DNA of 64,000 nucleotides. It comes from Octopus vulgaris. Its lineage: Eukaryota. Location: positions 23,002,001 to 23,066,000 of the forward strand of contig OX597831.1 in assembly GCA_951406725.2 (NCBI GenBank), in the 5' to 3' direction. The notes under the pieces were generated by a model. It did not search any database, had not been told where the DNA came from, and worked only from the letters and a program-made list of their open reading frames with translations. Below are positions 49,992 through 63,264 of this stretch, one piece after another. Positions within the stretch are counted from its first letter, which is position 1; every line of letters starts with the position of its first letter. Both the position numbers and the translations under genes were made by a program.

Positions 49992-50297
49992 CCTTTCTAC
50001 TATAGGTACAAGGCCTGAAATTTGGGAGGAGTGGACTAGTGAATATATCAAAGTGATTATATCAGTGATTTACTGGTACTTAATTTATCGACCCTGAAAG
50101 GATGAAAGGCAAAGTCGATCATCATCATCATCATTTAGCGTCCGCATTCCATGCTAGCATGGGGACCAGGCAAGGCTGGCAACGGCCATGATCGGATGGT
50201 GCTTTTTGGGCTGAATTTGAACTCAGAACATAGTGGCAGACGAAATGCTACTAAACATTTTGCCCGGTGTGCTAACGATTCTGCTAGCTCACCACCT
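49992..50297 (-). mobile_element. SINE family B interrupted by a family C tail fragment
   Basis: B body 49992-50118 and 50211-50297; insert 50119-50210. Confidence 0.75.
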
Positions 50298-50325
50298 TCA
50301 TATATAATAATAACAATAATAATAA

Positions 50326-50652
50326 TAACAAGAGCACTCAGAGAGTGCAACACCAACGTCCTCTCAGAGATGATTTTTAAAATGAGAATATCTGAAATAA
50401 CTTAACTGCTCTCACAAATAAGAATACTAAAAATAAAATTGACCGCTCTCAAAAATTGAGTAAAAAACTGGAAAAATAACCCAGAGTCTTTGTCTGGTAC
50501 CAGATCTAACCCAAAATCTAATCAGTTTGTGCCAGTCATGAGGCCAAACATCCCTGAAAGTTTCATCCAAATCTATTCATCTTGAGATATCTTGTCCACG
50601 GACAAACAAACACGACTGAAAACAATGCCTCTATCTTTGCTAAGACAGTGTT
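50326..50652. mobile_element. HINE/DINE-1-like non-autonomous element
   Basis: AACAAGAG start, AAAGTTTCATCCAAATC and ACGGACAAACAAAC..GAAAACA motifs resembling molluscan Helentron-associated elements. Confidence 0.45.
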
Positions 50653-50679
50653 AATAATTATAATAATAATGAGTTCAGT

Positions 50680-51165
50680 ATACTAGCACAAAAAGAGTAT
50701 AAGTGCTGGCATGACTGTGTGAGTAAAAAAGAACATTAGGACATTAGCCAAATGTGTGGCTTCAAAACAACAGGAAAATGTTATGAACACAAACCAGAAG
50801 CTATGATAGAAAGTGAGAATTATAGGATCTTAAGGGACTTCCCCATAATAGCTGACTATATTACTGAAACCAAAAAAAAAACCAGATACAATTATAGAAG
50901 ACAAAATAAACCGTGTAAGATCATCGACTTTACAATTCTCTATGATAATAGAGCCAAAACCAAGGAAACTGAAAAAAATTGGAAAATAGAGCTGAAGAAA
51001 ATTGTAGAACTTTTTGACAATTATTTTTGTGGTAATTGGTACACTTGGAACAACACTTAAAATGCTACCAAAAGAGACTGGAATTGAGACTTGCATTGAT
51101 AATCTACAGAAAAGTACCTTCCTATATCCTGCAAGAATCTCCCTTGAGATTCTTGAGATTTGAGA
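50680..51165 (+). mobile_element. R4/Dong-clade LINE restriction-like endonuclease relic
   Basis: LAQKEYKCWHD..CYEHKPEAMIESENYRILRDF..PD..IIDF..VVIGTLGT. Confidence 0.75.
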
Positions 51166-51186
51166 AAACCTGTCACCAAACCACAA

Positions 51187-51535
51187 GGCATGGCTGTGTG
51201 GTAAGAAGCTTGCTTCCCAGCCATATGGTTTGGGATTCAGTCCCACTGCCACCTTAGGCAAGTATCTTCTACTATAGCCACAGACCAACCAAAGCCTTGT
51301 GAGTGGATTTGGTTGATGGAAACAGAAAGAAGCCTATCGTGTGTTTACGTATGTGTCTGTATTTGTCCCCCCACCACTGCTTGATAACTGATGCTGGTGT
51401 GTTTACATCCACGTAACTTAACAGTTCAGCAAAAGAGACCGATAGAATAAGTACCAGGCTTTTAGAAAATAATTACTGGAATCGACACAAATTCCTCAAA
51501 GCAGTGCTCCAGCATGATGGAAACAAGTAAAAGAT
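51187..51535 (+). mobile_element. SINE family A
   Basis: Colinear with other copies. Confidence 0.85.
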
Positions 51536-51596
51536 AAATAATAAAAATAATTAGAACAGAATGTACTAGTGTAATAATGTACTATTGTTATTATTA

Positions 51597-51650
<54 letters not shown>

Positions 51651-51654
51651 TGTG

Positions 51655-52403
51655 GATAACGCCCGGAAATCCCTGGCCTGGTAGTGCTACCATGGTGCTC
51701 TGCCAGTTCGTAATAAGCTCTACAGGCATGGGCGTGCAGTCAGATGGGCTTGTCTGTGATGCACATGGAGTGATGAAACCATTCTGCGTGCTCTTGTACA
51801 GGGTCCTTGCATTGCTGACTTGTGGAGCTTTGTTGAACCGTTATTGTCACATGTAGAATGGATCCAGTTATTGTCTAAGTCCATCATGAAGATCGCCCCA
51901 GCTCCTTTCTTTGGCCAGGAAGCACAAGCAGTTTTTCTCTGTCTGTTGGTCTATGGCGAAAGAGGTTTTGTAGTGGACACGATTGAAAGGGTTAAAGATG
52001 GGTACCTTCCTCTTCAACCAAGGCCTCATTGGCTGTTTCAGGTCCTACCTGAAAAATAAAGTGATGCTGGAGAGGGAGGTGCTGTCATCCAGTAAGTTTG
52101 TTGAAGGATAGATGAATGTAGCAAGAATGGCACATGTGAATGGGCCTACTCTAAGTGTGCCCCTGTAGGCTGGATGGAATGAGGAGGAGAGGGGTGCCTA
52201 CTCGAGGTGACTTTGGTGTTAGGGGGTCCAAAGCGGGTGAGGTTTGTTTGGTCACCTCTTGGTGGAACTCCCCCCCACTATTGGGGAAGTATATTGTTGG
52301 TTTAATTGTTGTCTATATTGCTGTTTACATGTTTAATCCAAATGTCCCTTGTCTGTGTCATCCTTTATGTTTTGTGTTGAGTCCTGGTGGTCAATAAAGA
52401 AAA

Positions 52404-52405
<2 letters not shown>
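51655..52405 (+). mobile_element. Tx1/L1-clade LINE 3' end (zf-RVT region and 3' UTR)
   Basis: SLAW*CYHGALPVRNKLYRHG..C..C..ETILRAL..LWSFVE; AATAAA then (ATT)n; embedded in an (ATT)n tract. Confidence 0.75.
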
Positions 52406-52460
<55 letters not shown>

Positions 52461-52871
52461 GGTGCAGGAGTGGCTGTGTGGTAAGTGGCTTGCTTACCAA
52501 CCACATGGTTCCGGGTTCAGTCCCACTGCGTGGCATCTTGGGCAAGTGTCTTCTGCTATAGCCTCGGGCCGACCAATGCCTTGTGAGTGGATTTGGTAGA
52601 CGGAAACTGAAAGAAGCCTGTCGTATATATGTATATATATATATGTGTGTGTGTGTATATGTTTGTGTGTCTGTGTTTGTCCCCCACCATCGCTTGACAA
52701 CCGATGCTGGTGTGTTTACGTCCCCGTCACTTAGCGGTTCGGCAAAAAGAGACCGATAGAATAAGTACTGGGCTTACAAAGAATAAGTCCCGGGGTCGAT
52801 TTGCTCAACTAAAGGTGGTGCTCCAGCATGGCCGCAGTCAAATGACTGAAACAAGTAAAAGAGTAAAGAGT
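52461..52871 (+). mobile_element. SINE family A, full length, little diverged
   Basis: Colinear; retains many CpGs. Confidence 0.92.
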
Positions 52872-52876
52872 AATAT

Positions 52877-53035
52877 AAGGTGGTGAGCTGGCAGAATTCT
52901 TAGCACATCAGGCAAAATGCTTGGTGGTATTTCGTTTGTCGTCATACTCCGAGTTCAAATTCCACCGAGAGTGATTCCGCCTTTCCTCCTTTCAGAGTCA
53001 ATATATTAAGTTCCTGCGAAACACTGGAGTCGCTG
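52877..53035 (+). mobile_element. SINE family B, partial
   Basis: AAGGTGGTGAGCTGGCAGAA..GAGTTCAAATTCC. Confidence 0.7.
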
Positions 53036-53173
53036 TATTTTATCAACCTTGAAATGATGAAAGGCAAACCTGAGTAAAGTAAGATTTGAACTCAGAGCAT
53101 AAAGAGCCAGAAAAAAAATGCTACTAAAATGCTACCACAAACAATGCAGCCACCACCGCCACCACTACTATTA

Positions 53174-53216
<43 letters not shown>

Positions 53217-53812
53217 AACTAAAACAACAAACTTGTTTATGTGGAACAGTAATACGATCCTAATAATTACATCTGCGATTCATTACTTGTTGTGTTGTTG
53301 TTGTCGTTGTTGTCGTTGTTCCTGCCATGTTCCTTGATGTGCTGGATATGGCAGCCACCTGTCTTATAACAGATCTACTGTTATTATATTGTCATGCATC
53401 TGTGCAACTTAAAAGTTAGTTACCTGTAATTTTTAATTTGATGCTCGTCTTACCTATACACGTGCATGGTACAAAATATAAATTGACATAATGACAGCGA
53501 ATATTTAAGGATGGGGAAATTTTTGGTGGAGGGTGTGGTGGGGGGGTGGGGGGCAGACGGTGATGGATGCATAACTGCATGTGGTGTTGTTTATGTTGCT
53601 GTTAGTGTTATTGCCGTTGTTGATGTCGTTGTTGTGTAGTGTATGATGCTTTGTTATTTCATTGTTCCGGGACTCATTTCGCCGATCACACACACATCAC
53701 ACACACACACACATTCTAACAAATACAAACATACGTGTGTGTGTGTGTGCGTGTAAATACATACTCTGATACGCATACAATGCATAATTAAATATATATA
53801 TATATATATATA

Positions 53813-54105
53813 GGCGCAGGAGTGGCTGTGTGGTAAGTAGCTTGCTAACCAACCATATGTATATATATATATGTGTGTGTATGTGTTTGTGTGTGTGTGT
53901 GTTTGTCCCCCTAGCATTGCTTGACAACCGATGCTGGTGTGTTTACGTCCCTGTCACTTAGTGGTTCGGCAAAAGAGACCGATGGAATAAGTACTGGGCT
54001 TACAAAGAATAAATCCCGGGGTTGATTTGCTCGACTAAAGGCGGTGCTCCAGCATGGCCACAGTCAAATGACTGAAACAAATAAAAGAGAAAAAGAGTAA
54101 AAGAG
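53813..54105 (+). mobile_element. SINE family A with internal deletion
   Basis: Head jumps from AACCA to the (TA)n linker; 3' half intact. Confidence 0.85.
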
Positions 54106-54230
54106 TATATATATATGTATATCTATCTATCTGTCTGTCTGTCTGTATGTAGGCAGGTCTATTGTCTGTCTATTAATCTATCCATTTCTATTTCTATCTA
54201 TTTATCTGTAAAGAATGGGAAGAGTGTGTA

Positions 54231-54278
<48 letters not shown>

Positions 54279-54289
54279 GTAGGCATATA

Positions 54290-54971
54290 TGCTATATGTA
54301 TATATATTTTTTCTTATACATTGCACATACATATATATGTATGAATATATATATTGTATACGTATGTATATTATGTGTGTGTGTGTATATTTATTTTTAT
54401 GTATATATATGTATATATTTATGTATACATATTGTATATATATATATATATATACATGTGTGTGTGTGTGTGTGTGTTTGTGTGTATATGTATGTGCATG
54501 TGTGTATGTGTGTGTATGCTATATACATATATTTTTATGCATTGCATATACATATATATATATAAATATATATGTTGTATATATATGTAAATTATATGTA
54601 TATTGTATATATATATATATATATTTTATGTATATATTGTATATATATATATGTATGTGCGTGTGTATATATATATATATATGTATATATGATATACATA
54701 CATCCTTATATCCACATGTGGATAGATAGAGACATACATGCATGCACGCATCCTTGATGGAGCTTAATTGCATTATCAGATGCACACCAAATAAACACAC
54801 ACATTTACACATGCATTTGCATATAGACACCCACATGTATGCACACAAGGAACTCACAGTCACCTGTTCGCAAAACTCTGGGACTGTCTTCTTTCAAACA
54901 ATGGAACTCCATGCTTGTGAGTGACAGGCAGGAATTATGGGAAGAATTTAAATAATGCGCAAAGAAAACAC

Positions 54972-55033
<62 letters not shown>

Positions 55034-55126
55034 TATATACATAGATATATACATAGATACATACATATATACATACATACATAGATACATACACACACAT
55101 ACATTTATATGTGTGTATATATGTGA

Positions 55127-55161
<35 letters not shown>

Positions 55162-55330
55162 AATATATATATACATATATAGGCACATATATGCACATAC
55201 ATACATTCATACACACCTTCATTCATACATACAAACATGCATACATATATATGTATGTACAAACATACACTTACAAATAGTTATGGACATATATATTTAC
55301 AAGCATATATATGTCTGTGTATATATATAT
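54290..55330. repeat. compound TA/TG/CA microsatellite region
   Basis: Direct observation. Confidence 0.85.
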
Positions 55331-55720
55331 GTATATATATACATACAAAATTACATACAAATATATAGAAGATTACACACATACCTTCCTAAAAACACAT
55401 CCATAAATCCATCCTTTCATGCATACACACATACCTACACGAACACTTGCATACAGTCATACATTCACATATGTACCTCCATCCACACATACATATATTC
55501 ATAGGTACATATCTAAATGCTTATGCATTCGTTCACACAAACACATAGTGTTTATGGTAATGTATTTGAATAAAATAATGCGTTATATTGTAATGTATCT
55601 TTGGTACAAGCAGTGAAGTCTGGCGTAGCATGGTAAATTCCATTGTCTCGACCACGGTCGAACAATGATGATGATGAAATGAATAAACAGTTATTGTATT
55701 AATCACTAATATTATAATTA

Positions 55721-56286
55721 TTGGGTTGTCTGGAAAGTTTGTGCCGATTTTTAAAGGAAAGAAAAAGTTCAATAAATACTTGCCTTTACATTTTTAATCA
55801 ACCAAATATGAACCATTTTGTTGCACAATGCATCTCAATCTTTCCTCTAACTTGAAAATACCCTCTTCTCAGAATTGAGGTGGTTTCTTGGCAAAGAATT
55901 CATGAAGGTATCTCTTTACATGATCCAAGGAATTGAAATTTTTACCATTAAGACTATTCTGCAAAGACCTGTATAAGTGGAAATCCGAAGGAGCAATACC
56001 TGGTGAATATGGAGGGTAGGGTAACACATCCCAACCGAGCTGCAGCAATTTTTGTCTGGTTCCCAAAGCATCAAGTGCCAAAAATGAACTTTCTTATCTT
56101 CCATTTTAAAGGGTTACGGAATTAACACAGGTTATAGGAGCATAAACCTTCTTCCACGAAATGATAGCTTAAACTGTACTCTAAATGGAGGTGTAGTCAA
56201 AACCTATTTTCTGGACTCAACCATGTTCTAAAAAAAGTCGAAAGGTTAGCCACTATAAATCGGCATGAACTTTCCAGACAACCCAA
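55721..56286 (-). mobile_element. internally deleted mariner with both TIRs and TA TSD
   Basis: TA-TTGGGTTGTCTGGAAAGTT..AACTTTCCAGACAACCCAA-TA; TRQKLLQLGWDVLPYPPYSPGIAPSDFHLYRSLQNSLNGKNF. Confidence 0.92.
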
Positions 56287-56294
56287 TATTAATA

Positions 56295-57400
56295 AGGCAG
56301 TGAACTGGCAAAGTCATTACCATAGTGGTAAATATGGTTAGCAGCATTTCGTCCATTGTTATGATCTGAGTTCAAATTATGCCAAAGTTGACTTAGCCAT
56401 AGTAATATAACTATCTTTAGCACAATCAGTAAATGAATAAAGAGCTATTCTATTAATTACTATTTTTATAATTATTAATATTCATCATCATCATCATCGT
56501 TTAATATCCGTTTTTCATGCTAGCATGGGTTGGATGGTTCAACTGGGGTCTGAGAAGCCAGGAAGCTGTGCCAGGCTCCAGTCTGGATGCCCTTCCAAAT
56601 CCAGAGGCTGGCAAACGGCCATGATCAGTTGGTGCTTTTTATGTGCCACCGACACAGATGTCAGTCAGGCAGCGCTGGCCTCAGTCACGTTTGGATGATG
56701 CTTTTTATGTGCCACCGGCACGGGTATCATAACTACAATTTCTATTTTATTTTAATTTTGATGTTGATGTTGATATACTTGACTCAATAGCTCTTCTCAA
56801 GCACAGCAGGTCACCCTACGATCCAAGGTTAGCACAGCAAGTCACCCTACGATCCAAGGTTAGCACAGCAAGCCATCCTGTGAGCCATGAACTCACTTCA
56901 TTTGTTGGGTTCACAGTCACAGCATATCTCATAGGTCTGTTTTTTGTCATTTCCTCTGTGAGGCCCAACGTGCCACCGGCACGGGTATCACATTGATTAT
57001 TATTTTGATGTACTTGACTCAATAGGTCTCCTCAAGCAAAGTAGGTCACCCTACGATCCAAGGTTAGCACAGCAGGCCATCCTGTGAGCCATGAACTCAC
57101 TTCATTTGTCGGGTCTTCGCAGTCACAACATATCTCCAGAGGTCTCGGTCTTTCGTCATCTCTGGAGATATGAAACTTATTATTATTATTAATGAATATT
57201 ATTATTATTGATAAGCCTGAACTGACAAAGTCATTACCATGCTGGAAAATATGCTAAATGGCATTTTGTCTGTTGTTGTGATCTGAGTTCAAATTGTTCC
57301 AAGGTTGACTTAGCCATAGTAATGTAACTATCTTTAGCACAAGCAGTAAATGATTAAACAGTTATTCTATTAATTACTATTTTTATAATCACTAATATTA
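56295..57400. repeat. direct repeat of about 185 bp (56295-56482, 57212-57398) containing a SINE B head
   Basis: GTTGACTTAGCCATAGTAAT.TAACTATCTTTAGCACAA shared. Confidence 0.8.
56483..57160 (-). mobile_element. family C element with internal duplications
   Basis: (CAT)n plus reversed tail; CACCCTACGATCCAAGGTTAGCACAGCA three times. Confidence 0.75.
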
Positions 57401-57431
57401 TTATCATTAATAAGACAGTGAAGTTGGGGTG

Positions 57432-57628
57432 CTGGCAGAATCGTTAGCACACCAGATGAAATGCTTAGCAGTATGTTCTGAGTTCTGAGTTCAAATTCCG
57501 CCAAAGTTGACTTTGTCTTTCATCATTTTGGGTTTGAAAAAATTAGTAGCAGTTGAGCCCTGAGGTTGGTGAAATCAACTTTCCCCCTCTTCTATCCTAG
57601 AATTGCTAACCATGTACCAAAATTTGAA
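57432..57628 (+). mobile_element. SINE family B
   Basis: GCTGGCAGAATCGTTAGCAC..TTGACTTTGTCTTTCATC. Confidence 0.75.
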
Positions 57629-57644
57629 TCATTGCACCTAGAAA

Positions 57645-57926
57645 GTTACTCTCCCAGGCACAAGTCCGAGCAAGTTTGTTTTTATGGAAGACCGGTAGTC
57701 GCCCATGCATACCGGCCTCCCCTCTCCACACCACCAGTGTTATCCAAGGGAAAGGCAAAGGGGCCGATACAGCTTGGCACCTGTGACGCCACAACTCATT
57801 TTTATAGCTGAGGGAACTGGAGCAATGTGAAATAAAGAAATAAAGTGTCTTGCTCAAGAACACAACATGCAGCCCGGTCCAGGATTCGAACTCACAACCT
57901 CGCGATCGTAACCTCAGCACACTAAC

Positions 57927-57928
<2 letters not shown>
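57645..57928 (-). mobile_element. SINE family D
   Basis: Homologous to 34690-35018; B-box GAGTTCGAATCC on minus. Confidence 0.8.
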
Positions 57929-57992
<64 letters not shown>

Positions 57993-58481
57993 CATCATCA
58001 TTATTATTAATATTACACTGCTGAGATGGCTGAATCATTAGCGTGCTGGACAAATATTACTCTACTACTGTTATAACTATCATTGTTATGGATAATAACA
58101 TAAGTTTTATTAATACTGTTGTTAACCACACCATCAATATATTCATAATAGATATCATGATAATTCATCATCATCATCATCGTCATCATCATCGACATCA
58201 TCGGGGCAGCAGCAGCATTTTGAGTCCTCATTATTGTTGATATTCAAAATAAGTGTTATCATCATCATCATCACTATAAAATATTGGCATTATCATCGTT
58301 GTCATTATCATCGACGTCATCATCATCATCCTCATCATCGTCAGCATCATTATTAATCTTTGAGTGATGGATATACAGTTAATTTCCAAAATATATATTT
58401 CCAGGTAGAGACATGTTCAGTCTGCTGTGAATATCACAATAAATTACTTATTGTCCATCAATGTATTCTCTTGTGTACATG

Positions 58482-58485
<4 letters not shown>

Positions 58486-58541
<56 letters not shown>

Positions 58542-58802
58542 AGGATATATAACACACACACATACATGTGCACACACACACTCACACACATACATATATG
58601 TATATATATGCATAAATGAAGAGGGGGAAAAAAGAGAGCAAGCTATAGATATAACATATGAAACGTTTCACATACGGAGAAGAGATATGTGAATACATGT
58701 AAGCATGTATATATATATATGTATATATACACACACCCATATATACATGTATATATACGTATATATATATGTGTGTGTATATATATATGTACATATACGT
58801 AT

Positions 58803-58836
<34 letters not shown>

Positions 58837-59097
58837 ACACACACATATATACATATATGTATATATACGTATGTAGATATATATATAGATGTATACACAC
58901 CCACATATTTGCACACATATATACACATATATGTATGCATATATATATATATATATATGTACACACCCATACACATATTTGCACATACATACATACATAC
59001 ATATACACACACGCATATATAGGTGTATATATATATACATATATGTATATATATATATGTATATATATATCAAACGACGATGATGATATATATATAC

Positions 59098-59134
<37 letters not shown>

Positions 59135-59155
59135 CATATACACACACACACATAC

Positions 59156-59208
<53 letters not shown>

Positions 59209-59230
59209 TATATATATATATATATATACG
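58486..59230. repeat. compound (TA)n/(CA)n microsatellite region
   Basis: Direct observation. Confidence 0.9.
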
Positions 59231-59627
59231 TATGTGCATGTATATCTATGTATTTTGTTCTGCAGAACATATTATTTTGTTGTCAGCTGTATAATTTTCT
59301 TAGTTCAGTAATTTTCTGTGTACGGATACACAACATACAATCAACTAACTGCCACTTATCTTGAAGCTTCCTCTCTGCTGTAATAACCTAAATTACTATA
59401 TCAGTAACAATACCAGACATGGAAACCAATGAAAGAGCCTCTTTAAGGTTGATGGATCAGCTAGAAACAGCAGTGAAATTGCTCTCAAATCACTCTCTCT
59501 CCACCTAAAATAGAAGGATTGTTTGGATCAGTGGTTCTCAGCCAAGGACCATATTACCTTTGGTAGGGGTTTTCGTGTAAGATTTTGTTGTTAAAGTTTA
59601 TGGGTAATCAACAATCAATATAAGTGC

Positions 59628-59783
59628 CGGTGTTGCTGTGTGGTAAGAAGTTTGTTCACCAGCCACATGGTTCTGGGTTCAGTCAAACTGCATGGCATCT
59701 TGGGAAAGTGTCTTCTACTTTAGCCTCAAGCTAACCAAAACCTTGTGAATGGAAATGGTAGACGGAAATTGAAAGAAGCATGT

Positions 59784-59785
<2 letters not shown>
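59628..59785 (+). mobile_element. SINE family A, 5' half
   Basis: Ends in the (TA)n linker. Confidence 0.75.
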
Positions 59786-59847
<62 letters not shown>

Positions 59848-59890
59848 ATGTATGTATGTATATATTAAAAATGGAGAAGACCGGTTTATG

Positions 59891-59949
59891 GGATTACCTT
59901 AGGTTTCCCATCCATAAAGGGTCCACCTTTGTGACATATCATCAGATCC
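59891..59949 (-). ncRNA. type-I hammerhead motif, intact core, long helix II
   Basis: ggat-CTGATGA-tatgtcacAAAGG(tggac)CCTTTatggatgg-GAAA-CCTAAGG-TA-atcc. Confidence 0.7.
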
Positions 59950-60036
59950 TCTCTCACTTTCAGCCCATGCATATATGATAAATAAGGTAGTTTTAGAGCC
60001 ATTTAGCATCTTCCAGCATGAAATACTCTGTGTGGA

Positions 60037-60222
60037 TCATCATCATCGTTTATCATCCGATCTCCATGCTAGCACGGGTTGGACGGTTCAACCGGGGATC
60101 TGGGAAGCCAGAAGGCTGCACCAGGCTCCAGTCTGATCTGGCAGTGTTTCTACAGCTGGATGCCCTTCTTAATGCCAACCACTCCGTGAGTGTAGTGGGT
60201 GCTTTTTACGTGCCACCGGCAC
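60037..60222 (-). mobile_element. family C 3' end
   Basis: Reverse of 5214-5402. Confidence 0.85.
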
Positions 60223-60348
60223 AATATATACATATCATCATCATCTTCATCAGCAGGTAACGTTCATTTTCCATGCTGACAGGAGTTGGACAGTTTGACA
60301 GAAGCTGACAGCTGAAAGACTATTCAGGCACTATATTATATATATATA

Positions 60349-60384
<36 letters not shown>

Positions 60385-60772
60385 CATATATCGATTGTAA
60401 AAAGCATAAATCTGAAAGGAGAAGCACACTTTAAGATGTACACTAGTATATATTAAAAATTTCGTTGCTTCTTGGAACCTCTTCAATAATCATTGACTCT
60501 GCCCATTATTGGAGTGGCATATTGTTTTTGTTTATGTGCATGTGTACACATGTATGTATATATGTGTGTATATATATGTGTAATATACGTATTACCTATG
60601 TACCTATCTATCTACTTATTTATCCATTTACTTACATATCCATTTACTTATATATATATATATATATATAATTAATCAATATAGGGTGGCAAAAAAATTT
60701 TGTAGAATTCTTTGCCACCAGCGGCCTAGTAGGAAAAAATTAAAATAGTCATAGACCATTTTTAAGTTCAAC

Positions 60773-61044
60773 ATCAACAATAAAGGAACGGCCATAATAG
60801 GCCATTCACCCACTAGAAATAACAGCCAAAGCTTCAACCGCAAATAAAAGTTAATTCAGTAAACCAGGAGAAAATTTAAAAAAAAAAATTTAAAAAATTT
60901 AAAAAATTTTTTAAAAAAATTACAGGGTAAATGTTTTTTAAATTTTCTCCTGGTTTACTGAATTAACTTTTATTTGCGGTTGAAGCTTTGGCTGTTATTT
61001 CTAGTGGGTGAATGGCCTATTATGGCCGTTCCTTTATTGTTGAT
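60773..61044. repeat. perfect 111-bp inverted repeat
   Basis: 60773-60883 vs 60934-61044, no mismatch on manual comparison; followed by (TA)n. Confidence 0.92.
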
Positions 61045-61061
61045 ATATATATATATATATA

Positions 61062-61707
61062 AACTTGGAACTTCAGTAGAGTCTGCACATAACCATCTGT
61101 CATTTCTTCAGTTAACTTTTTGATCTTAGTCGAAGTTTTTCTTGTTTGAGAAAAACCAAATCAAATCTTCTTCTGCTGGGTTTTTCAGTTTGTTTAAGGG
61201 CCTTTTAGATCTGATGTAGTGATTTTCTTTTGCTTTTTCTGACAAATTGACCTTTTCTCATCATATAAGACTTATATCTGATGCCTTTGTGGACAACATT
61301 TCTGACTGTTCCTTCTGACACATGTAGATCTTTTACAATTGACCTGATGGACTTTCTGGGATTGTAATCAATGGTCTGTTGAACTTGCTCGATAAGTTCA
61401 GGTGTTCTGATGATTTCAGAGAATTTAGAATGCTTTCTATGCATTGATACTGGGGATACGTTTCCATCTTCAGTCTCTACTTCCTTATAAACTTTATACA
61501 TGAAAGACCTTGCATTATTTAAAAATCAAGATATTTCTAAATCGCCATGCTCAAACTTTATAACCACAATAACAGCATGCCTCTTCATTTCTTGAGTAAG
61601 CTGAGTGTCTGCCATTATTATTTTCTGTAACAAAGATTATACAGAGTTAGCAAAAAATGCAGTAATGACCCAGAAAAGTTTTGCCCTAAAAAACCTTACA
61701 CACCCTG
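61062..61707 (-). mobile_element. maT/DD37D-like transposon relic, 5' part
   Basis: TA-CAGGGTG end; IIRTPELIEQVQQTIDYNPRKSIRSIVKDLHVSEGTVRNVVHKGIRYKSY; WFFSNKKNFD. Confidence 0.8.
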
Positions 61708-61786
61708 TATATAAGAATATATAAATATGTATGAATATATGAGTTTGTATATGAATGTATATGCATATGTATGCATATATGTGCTC

Positions 61787-61832
<46 letters not shown>

Positions 61833-61884
61833 CTATGTATGTGCATGTGTGCGTCTGTCTGTGAATTTGTGCACACACACACAG

Positions 61885-61916
<32 letters not shown>

Positions 61917-62019
61917 GTTAGTGTTTATATCAAAATATGTCCCAGTACAGTGGTTGACATTAGGAAGGGTGTATATATATTATACATAAAGATATGTACG
62001 TACATAAAGATATATATTC

Positions 62020-62413
62020 TTTTCTTTTACTTGTTTCAGTCATTTGACTGCGGCCATTTGACTGCTGGAGCACCGCCTTTAGTCAAGCAACTCGACCCCG
62101 GGACTTATTCTTTTTGTAAGCCCAGTACTTATTCTATCGGTCTCTTTTTGCCGAACCGCTAAGTGACGGGGACGTAAACACACCAGCATCGGTTGTCAAG
62201 CAATGCTAGGGGAACAAACACTGACACATATATATATATATACATATATACGACAGGCTTCTTTCAGTTTCCGTCTACCAAATCCACTCACAAGGCATTG
62301 GTCGGCCCGGGGCTATAGCAGCAGACACTTGACCAAGGTGCCACGCAGTGGGACTGAACCCGGAACCATGTGGTTGGTTAGCAAGCTACTTACCACACAG
62401 CCACTCCTGCACC
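62020..62413 (-). mobile_element. SINE family A, full length
   Basis: Reverse-complement match. Confidence 0.9.
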
Positions 62414-63029
62414 TAAATATGTGTATATTTATATATATGCATGCATACATACATACATACATACATACATAGAGTTATTTGTGTACATGTATATGCAGAA
62501 GCACGAACACACATGCACACATACATGTTTATATGAATGTATATATTTATACAGATATAGATATATATAGGCATATGTGTACATGTATGCCTCTATGTGC
62601 ATGTGTCTACATCATCCACTTCCATCTCACACACACAAAACTCCTGTATATTGTTAAATTACCCATTCATTGAAGTTAAATTGTGAAGTAAAAGAGGTTA
62701 TGCCATGATTTTCCAAAGAATCAGTTGAGGTTAAGGAAAGTAAGACTATGAAATCTGTAATTAAATAGGTCAGCAGGGATCATTGTCTCCCTTCACTTAC
62801 TCTTGCAGGACTCTAAAGCATAGAAGCACCTTTCTTCTGAACTGTGTTGAATAGCAGCTAATTTGAAAAATCTCGTTCACCTTGCATGTCTAAAGCCAAT
62901 TTAGTCTCAATTATATCACTTAAAAGCTCTAATTACCTACAACCATTTATCATTCACACAGACATAATGATGATGCAAATAATGATGATAACAACAACAA
63001 CAACAGCAACAAGAGCAACAATAATAATG

Positions 63030-63200
63030 TATATAAGATTTTTGTAGAGCTCATAGAGAAAGTTTGTCTCTTAGGGACAGCAAGGAGGGTTCTAAGCACT
63101 TCAAAGACAGCTGAAACTTGTGGATACCTAAAGTGATAGGTAGGAACCCGCTACCCACATAAGTCCTACCAAGAATAAGACTAAACCTGAAACAAACCAA
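63030..63200 (+). mobile_element. R4/Dong-like LINE extreme 3' end in (AAT)n
   Basis: LIEKVCLLGTARRVL followed by a short UTR and (AAT)n. Confidence 0.55.
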
Positions 63201-63264
63201 AATAATAATAATAATAATAATAATGATAGTAATAATAATAATAATAATGATAAATAATAAATGC

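Noticed and set aside
56812-57075. Three 28-bp repeats as CRISPR-like
   Set aside because: Internal duplications of a retroelement; intervening sequence is also duplicated
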